From Anaeramoeba ignava BMAN (Eukaryota; Protista; Anaeramoebae), in NCBI GenBank assembly GCA_028826165.1, contig JAPDFW010000074.1, positions 361,535 to 425,534 of the forward strand: DNA of 64,000 nt, in the 5' to 3' direction. Below the pieces are notes generated by a model. That model made no database searches, was not told the DNA's origin, and saw only the letters and a list, made by a program, of their open reading frames with translations. Shown piece by piece: positions 15,501-27,300 of the stretch. Within the stretch, counting starts at the first letter, position 1; each line of letters starts with the position of its first letter. A program made the translations under genes and the position numbers.

Positions 15501-15921
15501 TTTGATTTTGATTTGAATTTTCATTTTGATTTGAATTAGAATTTTCATTTGAATTTAAATTTTCATTTTGATTTGAATTTTGATTTGAATTTTGATTTGA
15601 ATTTTCATTTTGATTTTGATTTGAATTTTGATTTGAATTTTGATTTGAATTTTCATTTTGATTTGAATTAGAATCTGAATTAGAATTAGATTTAGAATTA
15701 GAATTAGAATTAGATTTTTTCTTTTGATTTTTTTTTAACGTTTCTTTTTTTTCTAAAGATTCATTTGAAAAAGAACTTCTTCTTTTTTTTGGTTTTTCAT
15801 TTTGTTTATTTTCTTTTGGAGAAACAACAGTTTTTCTTCTTTCTTTATTAATTTGTCTTGGAATTTGTTTTTGATTTGAATCTTTTTCTTTTTTTTTTCC
15901 AAATAAACCATAAACAATCAT
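12587..15921 (-). CDS. Myotubularin-family phosphoinositide 3-phosphatase (active type), multi-exon
   Basis: Catalytic motif VHCSDGWDRT, plus WLSFGHKF, SPVFLQWMDCVYQ, CPTYP, RIPVLTW, DCRPKANA and a PH-GRAM-like N-terminal region. Confidence 0.92.
14372..15125 (-). repeat. 754-nt intron of nearly pure A/T short tandem repeats
   Basis: GT at 15125 and AG at 14372; (TTTAATATTTAA/T)-like units. Confidence 0.75.
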
Positions 15922-15991
15922 TATTTTAAAAAAATGAAAAAAAATGAAATTTTAATTTTTAATTTTTATTTTTTTAATTTAAAAAAAAAAT

Positions 15992-18900
15992 ATGAGAAGA
16001 AAAAAAAGAATTTCAAAACAAAAAAAATTAAAAAATAATAATCAAAATCAACAAGATTTATCAATTTTATCTCCAGAATTATCAGCTCAACTTGGAATAA
16101 CAAATGATTATCAAACTAATGATTTATCAAATCAAATTATAATTAATAAAAAAAATGAAAAAGAAATTGAAAAACAAAATCAAAAAAAACTTCAAAAAAA
16201 AATTGAAAAAAATCAACCTTTAAAAAAGAAAAGAATAAGTAAAAGAAAAGAAAAAAAACTTTGGAAATTAAAAATGAAACAAAATAAATTCATTTTAAAA
16301 GATAAATTAATTAATCAAGTTGCTAAAGGAAATCTTAATGATGATAAATTAAAATTATTTAGATCTTCAAAAAATTTAGGTAAAAAAGAAACTTTAAAAG
16401 AAAAACTTAAAAGAGGTTTATTGAAAAGAAAAAAAAAATCAAAATCAAAATTAATGAATAACAAATCAAGAAATTGAACAAGAAAGAACAAGAGAAAATC
16501 AAATTGAAAATCAAATCAAATTGGAAAATCAAAATGAAAATGAAATTGAAAATGAAAATGAAAATAAAAATCAAAATCAAAATAAAAATCAAAATCAAAA
16601 TCAAAATCAAAATCAAAATCAAAATCAAAATCAAAATCAAAATTGAAAATAAAAAAAATCAAAATCAAAATAAAAAAAATCAAAATCAAAAATAAAAATG
16701 AAATTGAAAAATAAAAAAGAAAAAAAATTCATTTCAAATTATAGATGAAAATCAAAATAAAAATCAAAAATTAAAGGAAAATCAAATTGAAAATCAAAAT
16801 CAAAATGAAAATGAAAATGAAAATGAAATTGAAAATCAAAATCAAAATCAAAATCAAAATCAAAATCAAAATCAAAATCAAAATCAAAATCAAAATCAAA
16901 ATCAAAATCAAAATCAAATTGAAAATGAAAATGAAAATGAAAATGAAAATCAAAATCAAAATCAAAATAAAATAAATTGTAGATGAAAATAATCAAAATC
17001 AAAATAAAAATAAATTAAAGAAAAGTTCATTTCAAATTGTAAGATGAAAATCAAAAAATCAAAATCAAAATAAAAAAGAAAAATCCATTTCAAATTAAGA
17101 AAATAAAAAAAAATCAAAATCAAAATCAAATCAAAAGAAATCAAAAATCAAAATCAAAATCAAAATCAAAATCAAAATCAAAATCAAAATCAAAATCAAA
17201 ATCAAAATCAAAATCAAAATCAAAATCAAAATCAAAATCAAAATCAAAATAAAAATCAAAATCAAAATCAAAATCAAAATCAAAATCAAAATCAAAATCA
17301 AAATCAAAATCAAAATGAAATTGAAAATAAAAATAAATTAAAGAAAAATCCATTTCAAATTATAGATGAAAATCAAAATAAAAATCAAAATAAATTAAAG
17401 GAAAATCAAATTGAAAATGAAAAGAAAATTGAAATTGAAATTCAAAATAATAAGGAAAATAAAGCTTTCTTTGTTCTTGTAAATAGAAAAAAAGAAATTC
17501 AAAAACATCGTTTAGAACTTCCTATTATTAGCGAAGAATATAATATTATAGACTATATTAGAAATGGAAACTTATTAATAATTTGTGGTGAAACAGGTTC
17601 AGGAAAAAGTTTACCAAATAGTTCTATTGTTTACACTCCTTATGGTCCTCAAAAAAATGGAAATTTAAAAAAAGGAGATTTAGTTTCTACTCCATTTAAT
17701 CAAAATTTTTCTAAAATTATTCAAATTTATCCTCAAGGAAAATTACCTGTTTATAGAATATTTTTTGATAATAATGATTTTGTTGATTGTAGTCTTGATC
17801 ATCTTTGGCTTGTTGATGAATATAAACTAAATAATTCAAATCCTCAAAAAAAACTTTATAAAACAAAACAATTGCTAAAATATATTAATCAAAATTCTTC
17901 AAAATTCAAATTCTCAATTCAAAATCCAGATCCTATATTCTTTTTCCCTCAAAAAATAGATATTGATCCTTATCTTTTTGGATTATCAATTTCATTTAAC
18001 GATATTTCTTCATCAAATAATTATTATCTATTCATCTATTTATTAGCTAAAAGATTTAATGATATTAACCAATTTCAAAACTATCAATCTTTTTATAAAC
18101 ATCTTCTCCACAACAAAAAATCAATTCCCAAAAAATTCATTTTTAATTCAATTTCTATTCGTGAAGAAATTATTCATTCTTTTCTTGATTTAAATAGCAA
18201 AATTACAAAATCAAACAATTTAATTTATCAAACAAAATTCCAAAAAATTGCTCAAAATATTCAATTAATAATTCAATCTCTTGGAGGTTTATGCACTATA
18301 AATAACCTCAAAAATGGAGAATTTCAATGTGAAATTATCTATTCAAATCCATTTAAATATAGAAATTTAAACAAATTTAATTTAATAAATCAACAAAAAA
18401 ATGTTCATTTAAAAAGATTTATTACTAAAATTGAAAAAAATCGAGAAGAAGAATGTTCTTGTATTTTAATTCAAGATTCTGATCATCTTTATCTCACAAA
18501 CAATTTCATAATAACTCATAATACAACTCAAGTTCCTCAATTTTTATATGAATCTGGTTATGGATCAATTAAAAGTTGTAAGTAAATAAATAATTTTTTT
18601 TGTTCAATATTTAAAATATTTAAAATATTTAAATAATAAAGCAAATCCAGGTAAAATTGGAATAACAGAACCAAGAAGAGTAGCTGCAGTTAGTATGGCG
18701 AAAAGAGTTTCAGAAGAATTAAATTTTAAACTTGGAGAAGAAGTTGGATATCAAATTAGATATGATAAAAAAATTAATGATAAAACAGTTATTAAATTTA
18801 TGACAGACGGAATATTACTTAAAGAAATTGAAAGTGATTTTCTTTTACAAAAATATTCAGTAATTATTCTTGATGAAGCACATGAAAGAACATTGAATAC

Positions 18901-21315
18901 TGATATTTTAATTGGTTTATTATCAAGAATTGTTATGATTAGAGCAAATTTATATTTGGAATCAAGAAAAAAGAAATTGAATTTGGAAAAGGAAATTGAT
19001 GATGATTTAATGGATGTAAACAAGAAAATTGATATTGGAAATAAACCAACACTTTTAAAATTAATAATCATGTCAGCAACTTTAAGAGTTGAAGATTTTA
19101 CTTCAAATTCAAATTTATTTCCAATTCCTCCACCTGTTGTAAATGTTGAATCAAGAAGATTTCCTGTAACAATTCATTTCAACAAAAAAACACCTTTGAA
19201 TGATTATATAAATGAAGCATTTGATAAAGTTGTCAAAATTCATAAATTTTTACCTTTTGGTGGTATTTTAGTATTTTTAACTGGGAAAAGAGAAATTATT
19301 GGTTTATGTAAAATGCTTAAAAAGAAATTTCCAATGAGAAAATTAGATCAAGATCATGAATTAAAAATGGAAATTGAATTTAAAAATTATTTTTTTGATG
19401 ATGAAGAAGAATTTAATAATTATAATGAAAATGAAAATGAAAATGAAAATGATTATGAAAGTGAATACGAAAATCAATTAAAAAATTTAGATCAAAATCA
19501 AGACTTAATTATTCCAGATTTAAAATCACAACCTTTATATGTTTTACCTTTATATTCTGCATTACCAACAAAAGAACAAATGAAAATATTTGAAGAAAAA
19601 CCAGAAAATACAAGATTAGTTGTTGTTGCTACAAATATTGCAGAAACTTCATTAACAATACCAGGAATTAAATACATTGTTGATAGTGGAAAAGTTAAAG
19701 AAAAAACATTTGATCCAAATACAAACATTTCCAAATATTCAATAGTATGGATATCAAAAGCATCAGCAGAACAAAGAGCAGGAAGAGCAGGAAGAATAGG
19801 ACCTGGTCATTGTTATCGTCTTTATAGTTCATCAGTTTTCCAAAATTTTTTCCCTAATTTTTCTCAACCTGAAATCAAACGTTTACCAATTGAAGATATT
19901 GTACTTCAAATGAAAAATATGGGAATTAATAATATTATTCATTTCCCATTTCCAACTTCACCAGAAGAAAAATCTTTGAAAAATGCAATTCGTATTTTAT
20001 TAAATCTTGAAGCAATTGAAAAATCTACTTATAAAATTACAAAATTAGGAAGAATACTTTCCCAATTTCCAGTTCTTCCAAGATTTGCAAAAATGTAAAT
20101 ATTTTATAAAAAATCATTTCAATAAAAAAATAATAATTAATTTTTTATTTAATTTAGGATTGTATTGGCAAAACAATATAATTGTCTTCTTTATATTATA
20201 GCTATTGTAGCTGCACTTAGTGTTTCAGAAATTTTTATAGATCAAGAAATTTTAATTGATGATGAAAATTCAAAAAAATTAAAAAAGAAAAATTATCTCA
20301 ATGGAAAAATTCAAAAAGTGATATTTTAGGAATTTTAAAAGCAATTGGAGCTTGGTTATATTCAGGTTGTTCTGAAAAATTTTGTATAGAAAATTATCTT
20401 AGATATAAATCAATGGTTGAAATTTATAAATTAATGCAACAATTATATTCAATTTGTTTAGAAATTTTCTCTTTAGAAAATGAAAATGAAAATGAAAATT
20501 TATTATCCAAAAAATATGTTAAATTATATAATCCAATTACTTCAATTTGGGAAAAACAAAATACTAATTTTCAAAATTTAAAACCACCAACAAAAACTCA
20601 AGAAAATCAAATTTGTCAAATTATAACAGCAGGTTTTTGTGATCAAATTGCTAAAAAAATTGGAAAAAAACAAAGTAAAAATCAAAACTTTGTTTTAACT
20701 GAATATTTATCATGTGAATCAGAAAAAATTCTTTATTTACATCCTTCTTCTTCATTATTTGAAGAACAACCAGAATATGTTGTTTATCATGAAATTATTG
20801 AAAGTTCAAAACCTTTTATGAAAGGAATAACAAAAATCGAATCAAATTGGTTATCAAAATTATCACCAAATTTATGTGAATTTTCAAAACCTTTAGAACA
20901 ACCTTCACCAAAATATTCTTCAGAAAAAGATCAAATAACTTGTTTTGTAATTCCAAGTTTTGGAATTCATTCATGGAAACTTCCACTTCTTGAGATTGAA
21001 ATTCCTTCACTTTCTGAAAGAGTTAAATATTTTGCATTATTTTTTCTTGAAGGAAAAATTTTTCCTCAATTAAATCAAATCAAACAATATTTAATTGAAT
21101 CACCTTCTATTATTGTTAAATCCTCTTCTTTTCCTCAAAAGAAAATTTATAATTTACTTCATATTTTACTTGAAAATCAAATTTGGTCAAAAAATTCTCT
21201 TATTAAAAAATGGGAAAATAATTCTCAATTTTTATTTGAAGAAATATCACTTTGGTTTAGAAAAAATAATCAAAAAAAACTTTATAATATTTGGAAAATA
21301 ATTACAAAAAATTAA
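15992..21315 (+). CDS. DHX37: DEAH-box RNA helicase DHX37/Dhr1, interrupted by an intein; introns at 18578-18641 and 20095-20157
   Basis: [15 protein letters not shown]-[intein][14 protein letters not shown], [50 protein letters not shown]. The Q/N-rich region at 16.43-17.4 kb is frameshifted. Confidence 0.92.
17608..18522 (+). mobile_element. Intein (305 aa), class 3-like, with a degenerate LAGLIDADG homing endonuclease
   Basis: A 915-nt in-frame insertion splits GSGK|T. It starts [13 protein letters not shown], has block [10 protein letters not shown] and block [17 protein letters not shown], and ends FIITHN followed by extein Thr. Confidence 0.95.
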
Positions 21316-21399
21316 GAATAGATTTTTTAATAATAAAAAAAATTTTTTTTTTTAGAATTTTATTTTTTCATTTTTTTTCTTTTTATTTAAATAAAGAAA

Positions 21400-24300
21400 A
21401 TGGAAAATAAAATTAAAATTTTTAAATTTTTATTTCTTTGGCAAAAATTTTCAAATTCAAAAACTTTTAAAAATCAAATACAATTAAGAAATGAACTTGT
21501 TGACAATTTTATTCTTCTTTTTTCAAATACTCCAAAATATTTTATTAAACTTCAATTAATGGAAAGTTCAAATATTTTTTATACTTTATTTTCAAGTTTT
21601 ATTTTTCAAATTCAAAAATTACAAAATAAAAAAAGTTTTGATAAATTTACAATTTCAATTACAAATTTATTAATTAAGAAAGAAACAATAAAATTATTTA
21701 AAGTACTTAATATGCTTGATTGTCCCAATGATCAATCTATTCAAGGGATGATAACATTATTACTTTCCTTATTAAACACAATTCAGAAAACAGATATTTT
21801 TCAAGAATTAACAGAATATTTTCTTCAAAAAAAAACATTTTTCCTTCCAATTAGCTTTTATTTTTATCCAGAAACATTTCCTATTGAATATTCAAATAAT
21901 GATCTGAATAATATCTCAAAAGAATTTTGTGATGATAAACTTATAAATTCTAATGATTATTTAAACAAAATTCTTAGAAATGAAGATTTAAGTTCTTCTT
22001 TAAACAATTTTGATAATCCAGCCTTTTTAATATTAGAATTACTAAATAATATTGCTTATCAAACAAATAATTTAAATGAATTTATTGACAATCAAAATTT
22101 ATTGAAGTTATTTAATCTTTTGAATCCAAAATATCCATCAAATTTACTCAGATTTGTTCTAAGAATAATTACTCAAATTTTCAAACAAGCAATTTCATCA
22201 AATTCAAAATCATTTCTCAGTTCTCCTCCAAATATTGTTCCATTTCTTTTGCATTTAGCAAATACAGAAAATAATACAGATTTTAAATGGGTTGTTGAAA
22301 TATTCCAATTTTTATTCTTCATTTTTCGTTTATTTAGTCTTGAATCTTCTTTTGTTTTATTTCAAAGCTTTGAAAAGAATGATGGATATAAATTAATGGA
22401 GAATTATCTAATTCATCTCGCAGAAACAAAAAACAAAGAAGATGATTTCCAATCCAAATTTGAAGAATTTATTACAACTTTTTCTCAATTTTCTTTTATC
22501 AAAAAACCTCAAAATTTACAAATTAGAAAATCTTCACTTTATCAAATAGATTCTTTTGATATTAATTCTACAAATCAAAAAACCAATTTGGAATATGAAA
22601 AAGAAAATATGTTGGATGCAACTAAATCTAACAATAAAATTATGAGGAATAAAAAACCAATAATAACTCTAATGAATATTTTCAATTCCAAAGCATTTGA
22701 TTGGAAAGTTGAATCACAAACACTCATTTCGATAACCAAAATTCTAAAAGCTCATCTAATCAATTTCCATTTCATTAATACTACAAATATGATTCCCATA
22801 TTATTTTCCAAATTTGATTCATTAAAAGATGAAGATCAAGATAATTTACTATCTTTTTTTGAATACATTACTTCATATCATAAAATTACTATTGAAAATG
22901 GAATATCATCTTATACAAGTCTTTTATTAAGTTATGAACCAAAAACAATTTTGAAAGTTTCAAATCACATTACAAAATTACTACAAAATCAAGAATTTAA
23001 TGAAATGTTGACAGAATCAGGAATAATTCTTATATTTTTTGAAATTATTAAAAGATTGAAAATTATGCATGAAATTGAAGGAAAAAGCAAAGAAGATGAT
23101 CAAGGAAAGCATGTTTATAACGAAATACTTTATACAAAACCTTTCAGATTTAAATTGGCATATGATTCCTTATTAAATCTTTTGTTGAAATTACTTAAAA
23201 ATAGTGAAGAAAATCGGCAAATATTTTGGACACAAGGAGCCTTTTCAATTCTTTTTGATTTGATAATGATAACAGATTCACCATGGAAAATTTTGAAAAT
23301 TTTATTATCAATTTCTTTCATTTCTGGACTTGATGAAGTTAAGAAAATCCTTTCAAGATTGATAATGTGTTTACCACTTTTGGGAAGTGCTTCAACACTT
23401 GATATTGATATTTTGATGAGAAGAGTTGATATATTAACATGTATATTGATAATATTTTATAAAAGACCAGAACTCAAGAATAATTTCGATTCAGGATTTG
23501 TTTGGATTTTTTCAGTTATTCATGGAATTGGAAAATCTATTGAAAATGAAATGAACAATTTAAGAAATTCAAAAAGTCAAGAAAAACTTGAGAATTTACA
23601 AGATGTTGAATTTTATGCTTTTATATTCATTGATATATTAATTAGAACATTAACAATAGCAGTTAATGGAAACAAGAAAAACCAAAAACTTTTGGAAAAT
23701 GAATTTAAATTCAAAACATTTTGTGACTCTTTAGAATCAACAAAATTATTCTTCTCTCCTTATTCTGAATTATTAATTGAAACATTTCTGAATCTTTCTG
23801 TTGGAGGAGGAATAAAAAGAAGAGCTATACTTTCAGAAAACTCAAAGAAATTAATGAAAGAAAAGCACATTTCTCATTTTTATACATCAATAATATCTCA
23901 AAATGAAAATATACTTTTGGAAATAATTAAATCAGAAAATTATTTTGAAATGAAAAAGAATGATGATGATAATATTTTATCAGTTCTTGAATTAATTTTT
24001 CCTTCTTATGATTTAAGGAATTCTGAACATTCTTTTATTATTTTATTTCCTGAAATGATCAAATTACTTTTTTCTTTAATTTCCAAACCAATAGAATCTC
24101 ATCATATAAAAACAGAAATTGTTGATAATGTGATTGAAGATATTATTTATCTTTCAGAATCAAACCAAATTAATTGTGAAAAACTCACTTCAATTTCCTT
24201 TATTAATGATCTACTTAATCTTTATAAAAAAATACTTATTGATGAGAATAATCCTTTACAACCTAAAATTATTCGCTTAATTCAAGTACTTAGTTCCCAT

Positions 24301-27300
24301 AATATTCGAGTTAATGAAACAAAGCAATTAATGAGATTATTAATGAAAGAAAAATGCCCACTTAATATTCTTCAAAATTTGGTTTATCTTTGTGAACACG
24401 AACAATCAAAACCTCAAAAATATGTTTCTTTAAATTTGAATGAAACACAAAAAAAGGATGAAATTGAATTTGTTATTCCACCAACAATGAACAGAAGTTT
24501 TCAAGGATTTACAATTAATTTTTGGTTCAATGTTACAGATTCAGCACTTTTATCAACAAAAAAATCACAAAGTTATATTTTATTAGCATCTTTATTATCA
24601 TATGACAAAACTTCTATATTATTTCGTATTGAATTATCTCCTGAACAAAAAATTTGTGTTTCAACTCAGAAAAATTTACATATAAGTTTTGAAAAATTTT
24701 CATTTAGAGCTAATTTTTGGTTTAATATTTCAATTTGTTATTCTTTTAGCAAGAAAAGTAATCGAAAATTAATTTTATATGTTAATGGAATTGAAGCTGA
24801 TTCTTTGAATATTAAGATTAGAAAAAAATCACTTATAAATAATTTCAATTACATTATTTTTGGAGGAAAGGAATATACAAATATTCAAATTATATCTAAA
24901 TTAAAACAAACAGATCAAGAATATCTTAATTTATCAAAAAGGAAGAATTTGTGGTATTTGGCAAACTTTTTAGTGTTTTCTCAGCATTTAGATTCAACTC
25001 AAAATTTATTCTTATTTTTATTAGGATCAAATTATTCAAAATTTACTTCTAAAATTTCTATAGAATCATCAATTGATATTTTAACTCATCAACAATTACA
25101 AATTTTTTTAGAAAAAACTGAAGGGAAATTGGAAAAATTATCATCAATTTCAATTAATGATCATATTAGAAAACCTTTATTATTTGCATTTTATCCAAGG
25201 AAAATAGCAGCATTAATTCAAATAACTTATGATAAATTTCCTGAATATTTAGTTTTTGCTCCATTAAAACCATCCAATAAAAATTCCAATTTATGTAAAA
25301 GAATGAAAGTTACAAGAATAAAAGATGCTATTTTTTCCTTAGGAGGAGTTAATACAATACTTTATTATTTGACACAAACTTTAGTTAAAGATGATTCTTT
25401 TCAAAGATATTGTTTTTCTTTACTGAGATTAATTTTGGATGATACAAACTTTGAATTTAAATATAAATATAACCAAGAAATTTATTTAATAATTCAAAGA
25501 ATAATAAGAAATCGAAATTTTAAATTAACTTATATTATTCTTGAAGAATGTTTTGCAATGTTTGGAATATTTAAAAATCAAATTATTGTTAAAAACGAAA
25601 ATGATGAAGAAGATGAATTCCAAAAAAAATATAAGGAATTTTTTGGAGAAAGATTTCCAAATGATGATGGAAATGGGAATTATCTATTTAATGTTGGAAT
25701 TATCAGAAATTTTGATTCTTTTTTAAATTTATTTTTGGATTGGACAATTTGGAAAAGAGCCAAATTAAAAATTCAAATTCAATTACTTTTAAGTTTATAT
25801 TCAATAATAACATCAAAAGAAGATTTATTTGATCACAGAATACGAAATTTCCAAGAATTGAATATAATTGAAAAGTTGCTATTAATAATTTTACAAGAAA
25901 AATCAGATCTTGATTCAAATGTTAAATTTTTGATATTTAAAATTATTGAAAAGATTCCATTTCGTTCTTCAGATTTTGAATTGGTTATTGGATATATAAT
26001 TCTTTTAAATGTTGTTTATTCAGGTGTTAATCCGATATCATTTGAAATTGCAAATTATAAGGATTTAAAACTTATCAGTAATATAAACACAGAAATTGAT
26101 GTTTTATTTAGACATGAAGAAGATTTAAGTGAAATTGAAAAGTTTGCATTTCAAGTTCTTTTTTCCATTTCTGAAAAAAATAAACAAAAAATTGATTTAT
26201 TAGTTGGACAAGCACAAATTGAAACATTAGTATCTTATTTTCAATATGCTTCAAAAGAATCTAAACCTGCTCTTTTAAAGTTAATATGTAGTTTAATGGA
26301 TTCAAATACACTTTCTTCTCATTTACATTCAATTTCTGGATTTCAATTAATGGGGAAATATTTTCAAAATGTAGAAATGGATCAAGAAATTGTTGCAATA
26401 ATTACAAGTTTTTTAGAAAAGAATTCAGAAGCAATTTATTTAGTTTTTGGTTCAATACCATTTATTCAAGATTTACAACTTAAAAACATTTTAGTATCAA
26501 ATGTTCAACAAATTCTTATGAATAGACAACATCAAGAACAAAAAAAACAAAGTATTTCATTAATTGATTTTATTAAGTATTTTTTTGGAATTATTCCAAA
26601 TATAAATTCAAATCAAAATGAAAATCAAAATGAAAATCAAAATGAAAATCAAAATCAAAATCAAATTCAAGTTTCTTTAAATAATTTATATCAAGATAAT
26701 CTTGAAAAATTATATTTTACATTATTTTTTGGAATTTGTTCATGTGATAAATTAATTCAAATTGGAAATCCTGAAAAAATTTCAACAGTTCTCTTTTCAA
26801 TATCAAATGTGAAAAATTTAACATTTTCAAAAATGAAATCATTTCAACAAAAATTTATGATTGAAGTTTTTGAGTTATTTGAAGAATCTTTTAAATTAAA
26901 GAAAAATCAAGCTAGTTATCAAAAAACAATTCAAAATAATTTTATTAGTTATATAAGAATTGTAACACAATTTATTCTTTTTTGGTCACAAAATCCAGAT
27001 GAAATTTCACAACATCAAGATGCTATATTTATTCATTTGATTCTTGATTCATTATTTAATTATTTATCCAAAATTGATTTGAGAAGTAAAATACAAGAAT
27101 TTGGAAGTAAAGAAATGAGAGAATGTATTACAAAATCAGTTATGGATTTGATTTTTAATTTTCTTTCTGTAAATCAACCAAATCATTTACAAGTTTCAAT
27201 TTTGAATATTATACTTGATAAAATTGAAACTAGAGAAATGATGATTCAAAATAAGATTCTTTTACGCAATTCTTTGTTTTATCTTTGTAATTTGAAAGAA

